Source of the DNA: Bacteriovoracaceae bacterium
GTDB lineage: Bacteria; Bdellovibrionota; Bacteriovoracia; Bacteriovoracales; Bacteriovoracaceae
Reading direction: 5' to 3'
Length of the DNA: 64,000 nucleotides
NCBI GenBank assembly: GCA_048270185.1
Contig: JBLWTJ010000002.1
Location: forward strand, 562,443-626,442
The translations under genes and the position numbers were made by a program. The notes under the pieces are model-generated. The model saw only the letters and a program-made list of their open reading frames with translations. It had not been told where the DNA came from and did not search any database. This document shows positions 1 through 8,552 of the stretch, in pieces. Within the stretch, counting starts at the first letter, position 1. Each line of letters starts with the position of its first letter.

Positions 1-1743
1 AAGCTAAAGTTTAATCAAAAACTTTTAGGAAGATTTCTGCAAGATGAAACAGCAGAAGAGAGAACATTTTTTGTCCTTACGCTGATTACAGGCGTCGCTT
101 CAGCTTTCGTGGCCGTAGGCCTTCAAAAGGGAGTCCACTGGCTCCAACATATCTTTAAAACAGACACAACTTTTACTTGGGAATCTGTCCTCTATGGAGG
201 AATCGCTCTCTTTATTTCAGGTTGGCTGACAACTCGTAAATTTCCATTTTCAGAAGGTTCAGGAATTCCAAAAGTCAGGGCCGCCTTGGTTGTCGATCAC
301 GGTAAGATTAATCTTCGCGACACTATTGCAAAAGCTATAACTACTCTACTGGCCCTTGGCTCCGGTGTTTCGCTTGGACGAGAAGGTCCAACTGTAACCA
401 TTGCCTCAGGGATTGCTTCATGGCTTGGTTACTCATTTCATATTTCTAAAAAAAGAATTAAGGCCCTCGTTGCAGTTGGTGCTGCAGGTGGTATTGCGGC
501 TGCTTTCGCGACGCCAATTTCTGCCGTTGTCTTTACACTAGAAGAGGTCGTTGGTGACCTCAACGCAAAAGTTCTAGGTTCGATTGTTATCTCATCAGTT
601 GTTGCGGCCATAACAGGCCAGATGCTTACAGGCCAACACCACATGTTTGAGCAACTATTTTATAAGATGCACGACAATCGCGAGCTTTTCTTCTACCTGC
701 TAATTGGTGTCTCTTGTGCCGTTATTGGTCCACTATGGATGAAGTCAGTTCTCGCCTTTAGAGAATTCAATCGTACATATATGAAAAGTCACAAGCTAAC
801 TTATATGATGATCGTCTTCTTAATTATTGCACTGATGACACAAATTCATTCAAGTGTCATTGGAAGTGGTCACGGAACAATCGAAGATACTTTACTATCA
901 CTTATTCTCGATCCCAAAATTTTAGGGCTTATGTTCTGCCTTAAATTTCTTGCAACATCTCTTTGTTACTCAGCAGGAATTTCAGGGGGTCTCTTTATGC
1001 CAACTCTTCTGATGGGTGCTACTCTTGGAAGTTTAATTGGATCACTTGCAAGTATCTTCTTTCCAGAAATCACGACAAATACCGGAGCCTATGCTTTAGT
1101 TGGTATGGGTGCATTCTTTGTGACAGTTATTCGCGCTCCATTTACATCCATTTTAATCGTATTCGAATTAACGAGAGATTATAATATTATTCTACCACTG
1201 ATGATCGCAAATATTATTGCCTATATGCTTTCATCAAAATTCACTGATGAATCAATCTATGAACAAATTTCAGCGCAAGATGGTATTCACCTGCCAACAC
1301 GAGAAGATCTAGAAGTACTTGATCAACTTCATGTTGAGGATGCCATGGTAAAAGATATTGTTACTTATGGAGCGACATTAACAGTTAGTGAAACTCTAAA
1401 AGATATCGAAAAATTCAATCCAGGAATTCAGGGCTTTCCTGTTTTAAAGAACGGGCGTCTTCTTGGAATGATGTCTACATCAGAGCTTAAACTTCAATTG
1501 GCCAAGGGAAATGGCGATACAAGAATCGAGCATTGTTGTGAAAAGAAAATTATCAAGATCTATCCAGATCAAAGTTTATATATTGCCCTTCATCGTTTAA
1601 AAAGATTTCAAATCTCACGTCTACCAGTCGTTTCAAGACTTGATGAAAAACGCATCATTGGTATTCTCACTCCAAAAGATATTGTTCAACAATTTGGTTA
1701 TCAAATATCTGAAACAAAAGAAGCTGAGAAATTCGAAGCTTAA
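1..1743 (+). CDS. ClC family H+/Cl- antiporter with C-terminal CBS pair (5'-truncated by window edge)
   Basis: ClC motifs GSGIP, GREGP (gating Glu), LEEV (proton Glu), GLFMP and SIYE; CBS repeats (GFPVL, RLPVV). Frame is open from base 1 (KLKFNQ...), so the GTG at 109 is probably not the start. Confidence 0.93.
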   Translation, partial: KLKFNQKLLGRFLQDETAEERTFFVLTLITGVASAFVAVGLQKGVHWLQHIFKTDTTFTWESVLYGGIALFISGWLTTRKFPFSEGSGIPKVRAALVVDHGKINLRDTIAKAITTLLALGSGVSLGREGPTVTIASGIASWLGYSFHISKKRIKALVAVGAAGGIAAAFATPISAVVFTLEEVVGDLNAKVLGSIVISSVVAAITGQMLTGQHHMFEQLFYKMHDNRELFFYLLIGVSCAVIGPLWMKSVLAFREFNRTYMKSHKLTYMMIVFLIIALMTQIHSSVIGSGHGTIEDTLLSLILDPKILGLMFCLKFLATSLCYSAGISGGLFMPTLLMGATLGSLIGSLASIFFPEITTNTGAYALVGMGAFFVTVIRAPFTSILIVFELTRDYNIILPLMIANIIAYMLSSKFTDESIYEQISAQDGIHLPTREDLEVLDQLHVEDAMVKDIVTYGATLTVSETLKDIEKFNPGIQGFPVLKNGRLLGMMSTSELKLQLAKGNGDTRIEHCCEKKIIKIYPDQSLYIALHRLKRFQISRLPVVSRLDEKRIIGILTPKDIVQQFGYQISETKEAEKFEA

Positions 1744-1883
1744 TCTTTTCTTAAAGCTAATTAAAGAGATGGTGAATTAACCATTCTTAACCTTGACCCC
1801 TATCGACTTTCATTTTTTAGGTTGCTACAAATTTCTTCATCAATATTTTTTGTCTAACAACCTAACTTAAAAAGGAGAGGGTA

Positions 1884-3104
1884 ATGAAGTTTTTTATTGC
1901 AACAACCATGTTCCTCGCAGCTTTTACTTCACAAGCCGCAAGAGTACAATTTGACTTTGATGTTTATTCATCAGGTGCATCAATTTATCCATGTAACGCT
2001 GGTATTAAGCACAAAAAACATCAAGGTGTTTTTTGCTATAATCCAAACACAGGTGACTCATGTAATCCAAATGGTGGATCACAAAATGGACCGAGTAATG
2101 GACCAGGTAATCCAGGTGGTGGGTTTGGATTCCCAGGCGGTGGAGCAACTGGTGGTCAATTCCCAGGAAATGGTGGTTTCCCAGGGCAAGGTAACGGGCC
2201 AGGTTTCCTAGCTGATATTGGTCTACAAGAAACACCTCCTCCATCAAACAACTGTGATCCACAAACAGGTGAAGGTTGTGACTGTGTTTGTGCGGGTGAT
2301 CTAGATGGACGTTACGAGAACACTCTTGATACAGCAAGAGGAGAATTCACAAAATGGCGTGATCATGGTGATGATCAATCAAACTTCAGCATTACAATTG
2401 AAAAAAATGCTGGATCACAAGACTTTCACAAGCTAATTGATAGTGATGATCAATTTGGAAAGAGACTTAAGTCACTTTCATTCAACCTTGGTTCAGAACT
2501 TTATGGTTCAAAGTACTTTGTTGATATTTGCTATAGAGCGACTCAAATCGACTATGGACAAGATGCTGACTACAACCTAGTTGAGGCTTCAAATACTGAT
2601 AACTTAAAATTCGTACTTCCAGAAGAAATTGCTGATGAAGACGGAATTGTTATGCTTCCAGAGTCAATCAATCATCCAATATATAAGTTTGAAAGAAAAA
2701 TTACTGTAACTGACCTAGCGGGAAGTAACACAAGTAATGACTGGGACCTTGATGAAGACGATATTATCTGGTCAGAGGAAAGTTATCAATCAGCTTCAAG
2801 ACTTTCAGTTAGATCTAAAATTTACTGTAAAGACAAGAACGATAACTACGTAAGCATCTACGGAGGTTCAGGTAACCCAACAGCTTCAATCGATCTTTCG
2901 GCAACATCAGTTCTTGAGTTCTACGACCGTTATGCTCACGCAGACCTAAAAGGTTGTATCGTTCGCTACGAGTTCGAAGAAAAAGCAAGATATGCAAATG
3001 AAGTTACTGACAAGTTCAGAAGATGGAAAATGCAAGCAGCTAATGTATGTACAGACACTGCGATCACAAATGTTCAAGGACATGATCACGATTATGACTT
3101 TTAG
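1884..3104 (+). CDS. Exported Cys-rich hypothetical protein with a Gly/Pro/Asn low-complexity insert
   Basis: Strong SD (aaggagagg), Sec signal (SQA-A), 11 Cys including CDCVC, FPG repeats, followed by a terminator hairpin. Confidence 0.85.
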   Translation: MKFFIATTMFLAAFTSQAARVQFDFDVYSSGASIYPCNAGIKHKKHQGVFCYNPNTGDSCNPNGGSQNGPSNGPGNPGGGFGFPGGGATGGQFPGNGGFPGQGNGPGFLADIGLQETPPPSNNCDPQTGEGCDCVCAGDLDGRYENTLDTARGEFTKWRDHGDDQSNFSITIEKNAGSQDFHKLIDSDDQFGKRLKSLSFNLGSELYGSKYFVDICYRATQIDYGQDADYNLVEASNTDNLKFVLPEEIADEDGIVMLPESINHPIYKFERKITVTDLAGSNTSNDWDLDEDDIIWSEESYQSASRLSVRSKIYCKDKNDNYVSIYGGSGNPTASIDLSATSVLEFYDRYAHADLKGCIVRYEFEEKARYANEVTDKFRRWKMQAANVCTDTAITNVQGHDHDYDF

Positions 3105-3121
3105 AATTTAATTTAAATCAT

Positions 3122-3146
3122 AGGGGGAGTCACTACTCCCCCTTTT
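3122..3146 (+). terminator. Intrinsic terminator / mRNA-stabilising hairpin
   Basis: agggggagt-cact-actccccct followed by ttt. Confidence 0.8.
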
Positions 3147-3181
3147 ACTAAGTTTAGAAATGAGTAGAGGATGGGGAATAT

Positions 3182-4810
3182 ATGAAAGGATTAATATTAT
3201 TTCTATTATCATTAAATACATTAGCGTGCCTAAGTGTCACGGCACCTAAAAATCTCAACATATCAATTTCTCCACTTAGTAAGAGTTTATTTGTCTATGA
3301 TGAAAATGGTGTTGCGAAAGAAAGTATGCCTGAAATTAATGCAGTAGACTGTCTAGCAACAGCAAAGAATAAGCACTATACAATGTTTACAGTAGGAATT
3401 GAGAACTACATTCTAACTGACCAGTTCTTAACTTATAGTATCAACGATCGAATTACATATGGCTCTAAGGACTTTTGTCGAATTGAGAATTTAGACGACA
3501 CTCAGGGAACACTTAAAGATGATAGAGAGCAACGCTTATTAAAGCGTCGTAGAGTTATGAATCGCTGTCTGACATTTGAAGTCAAAGATCGTTCAAAAAC
3601 AGGGATCGAATTTCCTGAATCTCAACCCGGTTGTCGAGTCGAGAGAATTGATGAGAACACTGCCCGATTTGAAGGTTACTTCTGTTTCTTTAAACCTAAA
3701 ATGGACTCCGCTCTATCTCTAACACCAGTTATTTCACCAAAATGTTTAACAAATGAATTCTACAAGGAAAACCAATTTGAACTTCAAGATATTCTGGCAT
3801 CAATTGGAGTTTATATATCGGGAGATGCGACAGGAAGATCGTCTGTTCTTCAATATATTAATGATGTCAAATTAAGGCTAAACCAGTCACCCGAGAATAT
3901 CATTCCTGTCAATAAAACGGTTAATCCAAATGCACCAAAGTTTCCTACGAACTGGAGGGTTAAGGATATTAACCTTGGTAAAATTCAAATACAACAGTCA
4001 AAAGATACAAATTTATTCTTAGGAGTCCCACTTTTTGTAAGAAATTCGTGCGAAAAAAGCTGTAACGATGGACTATGCTCAAGTTCATGTAACTATACTC
4101 AACCTGTGACAGCAGAGTTTGTTCTAAGTGAGATCGAAGAGAAGAGAAATAAAAGACACTATATAACTTCATGGTTTGATGGTGGCGTTTCACCAGCTAA
4201 TTGGACAGGATTAATAACAGGAATTGGTACAAATATTACTTCTAGCTATATACAAGAAGGAAAAACGTATGAGCTCGAAGCATTACTAGATGATCAAGAA
4301 TATAATTTCATGATGTTTAAGGGGCGAATAAAGAGTCGTCTTACCCTTAGGCCAATAACAATCCCTAGAATAAGAAGGGAGGGGAAGTCACTTAGCGCCC
4401 TTAATCCTTTTGCAAAAATTGAAACATTAAAGACACTTCCGACATTCCCTGTATTTGATACGATTCGCTTTACAGGAAATAGTCACGTAGGTGTTAAGAA
4501 CACTGTTAATTCTATCAGCAGAGTTTTTGAAGATCCTATTTGGCCACCTTATTTCAATAATTATTGTGCGGACAACACTTGTGTCTTAATGAAAGAGCAC
4601 AAACTTAGACTAAAATTAAAATTTAAAGTTGTTAAAAACAAAGATACTGAGAAGCTTGAAGCAGCAGATATCAGCTATGAGAAAATCAGTAATATTGAAG
4701 ATAATAAAGTGGTTAACAAGTACGAAGCTCCATATTTTACTTGTACACCACCAGGACAAGACCCAACAGATGACAACGATGACGATGATTTCGGGGACAT
4801 TGATTTTTAA
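3182..4810 (+). CDS. Exported Cys-rich hypothetical protein
   Basis: 542-aa ORF, short signal peptide (NTLA-C), CEKSCNDGLCSSSC, acidic C-terminal tail. Confidence 0.8.
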   Translation: MKGLILFLLSLNTLACLSVTAPKNLNISISPLSKSLFVYDENGVAKESMPEINAVDCLATAKNKHYTMFTVGIENYILTDQFLTYSINDRITYGSKDFCRIENLDDTQGTLKDDREQRLLKRRRVMNRCLTFEVKDRSKTGIEFPESQPGCRVERIDENTARFEGYFCFFKPKMDSALSLTPVISPKCLTNEFYKENQFELQDILASIGVYISGDATGRSSVLQYINDVKLRLNQSPENIIPVNKTVNPNAPKFPTNWRVKDINLGKIQIQQSKDTNLFLGVPLFVRNSCEKSCNDGLCSSSCNYTQPVTAEFVLSEIEEKRNKRHYITSWFDGGVSPANWTGLITGIGTNITSSYIQEGKTYELEALLDDQEYNFMMFKGRIKSRLTLRPITIPRIRREGKSLSALNPFAKIETLKTLPTFPVFDTIRFTGNSHVGVKNTVNSISRVFEDPIWPPYFNNYCADNTCVLMKEHKLRLKLKFKVVKNKDTEKLEAADISYEKISNIEDNKVVNKYEAPYFTCTPPGQDPTDDNDDDDFGDIDF

Positions 4811-4854
4811 TATATTAATGAGTGCAACAAACAAAACTATAAGAGGAGAAAGAA

Positions 4855-5388
4855 ATGAAAAGATTACTAATGTTATTACTACTAGTCATATCAACATCAA
4901 TCATGGCACAAGACAGTGGAGATATTGATGATATGTTTGGCGGAGGAGACGATCACTTTGAATTTGAGAAATTCTCTAATGAAGAAATATTACTAAAGAT
5001 CGAGGAAGACATTAAAGTTTCATGTCGAAAAGGTCTATGTACTCTCTTTGCAACAGAGAATAAGTTTGGTGGCTTTGAAGTCGGCTTCAATATAGGAGAA
5101 GGCATGAATCAACAAGCTGGAAGTGGTGTCAATATCTATACAGGAGGATACGGTGGACAAATCAATGGTGAGTACTGGGGAGTCAATGTTAGATACTACA
5201 ACGGTAAGTGTACTCAAAGGATCAAAGTACCTAAGTCTGTTTACATTGCAATTAATCGTTACATGTATGGCCTGCTTGATACTGATGGGAATACACGTCG
5301 TGGCTTCACTCCAGCAGATGAAGCGATGATTCTCTTTTATACAACAATCATCGGAAAATCAGGAAGTTGTGCAAATAGTGGAAAGTAA
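4855..5388 (+). CDS. Exported hypothetical protein with a Gly-rich amphipathic beta-hairpin
   Basis: SD gaggag, signal peptide (IMA-Q), 4 Cys. Confidence 0.8.
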   Translation: MKRLLMLLLLVISTSIMAQDSGDIDDMFGGGDDHFEFEKFSNEEILLKIEEDIKVSCRKGLCTLFATENKFGGFEVGFNIGEGMNQQAGSGVNIYTGGYGGQINGEYWGVNVRYYNGKCTQRIKVPKSVYIAINRYMYGLLDTDGNTRRGFTPADEAMILFYTTIIGKSGSCANSGK

Positions 5389-5437
5389 GCTCTAAAATTA
5401 AACTTTTCTTTAATTGTTAAGAAATATTCAAAATTAT

Positions 5438-5468
5438 AAAACCTCTCTATGAGAGGTTTTTCTTTTTT
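5438..5468 (+). terminator. Terminator-like hairpin containing the next start codon in its loop
   Basis: aaaacctctc-tat-gagaggtttt then tctttttt. Confidence 0.5.
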
Positions 5469-8085
5469 CCTATTTATCCTAATACAATCACTTAGCTTTG
5501 CCGGTACAAAGTGGCATGAGTGGAAATATCCTGAAATTGCTAATCTCGAAGTAAAACTCAATACGATCGAATTAAGTAATCGCTCGGCCTGTGCCATTGA
5601 CTCAAAAAAACCAACTCGATCAATGTTTATTTTCTTAAACAATACAATCGCGGCAAAAGCAGCATACAGACTTGCGCTAAGGACTGGTCAAGACAAGACA
5701 CTTGTAACAAAAGAGTTAATTCGCGACTTTAGAAATAAAACCACAAGAGTTTTACAAGAGGTACATGAACGTCTACTGACTGGAAGCTTGCCCCTGCTTC
5801 CCTATCTTGATAGCAAGGCCAATATCCCACCCAAGTACAGTAAAATGATTAAAGATTGTCATGGTAAAATGAGTTGCCCAAAACTCGATAAATACCTTGA
5901 TGATTTGTGGCATAGTGACCATAAGTTAAGAAACAGACTCTACGACTCGTTCGAAGATGATAATTACTTTAAACGAAAATATCTCACTAATAATAAGACC
6001 TTCGAATGTGTTAAAGTTAAGAAATTTAGTGCACTTCAGGCCAATCTCTTTGGACAAAAGCCAAGTATTCAAGACCTTAACCGCATGGCCAAAGACCTAG
6101 AGACTATCGAAGAAAATATTGAAGATTGTCGTATTGATGATATTGATAATATCACTAACCTCCAAGTATCAGGTTACCAATTCGATATTCAAGGAATCAA
6201 AGAAAGATATTGGGATAAGAAAGTAGGTTTCGATTATTGGAATTCGATGAAGATCTACTTTGCATGGGCCATGAAAAACTTAACAGTTGAGAGTGGCAAG
6301 TATGAACAAATTATTAAGAATACGAATACACAAGATTATATTCTCTTCGCCCCTAATGGCTGTAAGAGTGATATCATTCCAGAGTGTAATAATAAGAGAC
6401 TTGCAGAAAATTCTTTTAGGGAGTTTTCTAAGAGAAACTTTGAAAAAGATGGCCTAAATCTTGATATCCTATCCCCCATTTCAGAAGGGGCCCAAGAAGA
6501 TATTCTGAAGAATCCATTTGCTGAAATTAACAAAGATATTCTCGATATTTCTTCACACGATAATGCAGATGAGTGGATTGAACATATCTTTAAAAATCAA
6601 ATTGGAACAAAGAATTATCTTAAAAATAAAATTGTCGATGCCCTTACTTTCTATAGTCTATTGGAGAATCGTTTAAGGCCTGAAGAAATTAAAGATCAAC
6701 TAGACTTCTACTATCGTAACCTTGAAAAAGATGTTTTTAAGAATGATCTCTATTACTTATGTGCAGAAGCTTCTGTTATCTCTGATGAAGTATTTAGCTT
6801 CACAAAGAAGCATATTGAAGGGCTAAAAGGTACTACATTCATCGACAACCTCGACCTAATATTTCAAAACAAGCCTTATGATTCAATAATTGATTATTAT
6901 ATTAGATTAATGAATGAAACTCGAAAGTATTGCAATGATCTTAAACAAAAAGATATTTTTGACGATACATTCGAATTTGAGCCCAAGGGATTTCATCAGT
7001 GGTATATCGACAAAACACGTGGTGATCAAACCTTTGAAACAGATCCTGAAAAACACTATGATAATGAAATTCTATCTCAAGACTTTATCACTTTTAATGG
7101 TAGTGATGAAGTCATATGTCGTTCAATTAGCCACTGTCTTCGAAAGAGTATTCTCAATATTATTGAAACAGCAAGAGTGACTTATTACGGTGATCTCTTT
7201 TGGAAGTCAAAATATTCTCAGGGCTCTGCCGATATATTTAACCCATACGCTGACCGCACGGCCTGTAAGGTCTATGACCCTTATTATAAGACAAAAGCCG
7301 TCATGACTCAGTTTGTATCTAATATTGGGCAAGCAATGATGAGCTTCTTTACTCCCGGCATTGTCTACACAAAAATTAGTTTAAGTCCTGGGTATGTTAC
7401 TTCATTTGAAAAGATGATTGAAAATGGAGAAATTCAATACAATACCAAGTATGAAAAGAATAAAGTTAATGTGGAGTTAATTACAGAATTTGGTCCTCTC
7501 ATTGGTATTCCATGTGCTATTTCAATAACAGGTAGTAATAGAAGTCCTACAAATCTTTATCATTTTAGGGGTATCTCAGTTGGAGCTTGTGTTGATCGAA
7601 CCGGTGGAGATGTTATTGCCAATAGTGGCTCCGATGTCTCAACCAATGAGCCAGATGGAGCGGCTGCATGTGCTGCCTGTAGGATAAATTTTGAAGGTGT
7701 TTCAAATACTCTCACCTATTTCAATTCAAAGCTTGGGCCCTTATTCTATGTCGTAAGAACTCTATATAGCCTTTATAAAGGACTAACTGATTTTGATAAT
7801 ATTCCACGACGCTGGGATCTGGATCTCAATAAGCTTAAAACAACATATCGCCGCTTTGGTGAAATTCCAAAGAGGTGCCGCTCAACTCTCTTACGAGGAG
7901 AAAATTGTCTTAGAGATGCACAAGAGAAAGTAGCTGTTGAGTTAATTCAAAAGAATCCTTTAACAATACTCGCTTCTAAGAAATATGTAAGTGGCTATAT
8001 GTTTAAAGTAGCTGAATGTAAGAATGAAATAAGAGTGAGTATTGATGAACAATATGCAAGGATTGTATCAAAATGCGAAAAATAA
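5449..8085 (+). CDS. Large exported Cys-rich hypothetical protein
   Basis: 878-aa ORF, signal peptide (SFA-G), many dispersed Cys. Confidence 0.8.
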   Translation: MRGFSFFLFILIQSLSFAGTKWHEWKYPEIANLEVKLNTIELSNRSACAIDSKKPTRSMFIFLNNTIAAKAAYRLALRTGQDKTLVTKELIRDFRNKTTRVLQEVHERLLTGSLPLLPYLDSKANIPPKYSKMIKDCHGKMSCPKLDKYLDDLWHSDHKLRNRLYDSFEDDNYFKRKYLTNNKTFECVKVKKFSALQANLFGQKPSIQDLNRMAKDLETIEENIEDCRIDDIDNITNLQVSGYQFDIQGIKERYWDKKVGFDYWNSMKIYFAWAMKNLTVESGKYEQIIKNTNTQDYILFAPNGCKSDIIPECNNKRLAENSFREFSKRNFEKDGLNLDILSPISEGAQEDILKNPFAEINKDILDISSHDNADEWIEHIFKNQIGTKNYLKNKIVDALTFYSLLENRLRPEEIKDQLDFYYRNLEKDVFKNDLYYLCAEASVISDEVFSFTKKHIEGLKGTTFIDNLDLIFQNKPYDSIIDYYIRLMNETRKYCNDLKQKDIFDDTFEFEPKGFHQWYIDKTRGDQTFETDPEKHYDNEILSQDFITFNGSDEVICRSISHCLRKSILNIIETARVTYYGDLFWKSKYSQGSADIFNPYADRTACKVYDPYYKTKAVMTQFVSNIGQAMMSFFTPGIVYTKISLSPGYVTSFEKMIENGEIQYNTKYEKNKVNVELITEFGPLIGIPCAISITGSNRSPTNLYHFRGISVGACVDRTGGDVIANSGSDVSTNEPDGAAACAACRINFEGVSNTLTYFNSKLGPLFYVVRTLYSLYKGLTDFDNIPRRWDLDLNKLKTTYRRFGEIPKRCRSTLLRGENCLRDAQEKVAVELIQKNPLTILASKKYVSGYMFKVAECKNEIRVSIDEQYARIVSKCEK

Positions 8086-8552
8086 TATTTTCATTACTAC
8101 TTTGTCTACCTTCCTTTGCCATCCAGCTAGATATTCAATGGACAGAAAGCTTCACAAAAGAGATTCATTTAAACTGTGGTTTCATTGGCTGTCTCGATGG
8201 TTATAGTAATGATATTATTGAAGAAGAAGTATGTGACGAGTGCTTTTCTGACTCAATTAATGCCACCTTTATTTTCAAGTACATTACGACTTATCTTCAT
8301 GTAGGAGAAAGAATCTCTGAAGAGGAATTTCTCAATTACCTCTATCAACGTGAATACATTTCGATCAATTATCAAACACCTTACGATATCGTCTCGAGCC
8401 GTTCAACGGCAATCAAGAGAATACTCTACAAAGAACTATGTCCAAATGATGATGATCCAATAATATTCTTTAGAAGAAGTTATGACGATATATACTCCTT
8501 CCCCGAAGTGATTTATTGCGGGGAAGAAGTTTATGAAGCGGTATTATTTTAA
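8073..8552 (+). CDS. Exported hypothetical protein
   Basis: Signal peptide (SFA-I), CxxxxC and CxxC, overlaps the upstream stop. Confidence 0.7.
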   Translation: MRKIIFSLLLCLPSFAIQLDIQWTESFTKEIHLNCGFIGCLDGYSNDIIEEEVCDECFSDSINATFIFKYITTYLHVGERISEEEFLNYLYQREYISINYQTPYDIVSSRSTAIKRILYKELCPNDDDPIIFFRRSYDDIYSFPEVIYCGEEVYEAVLF

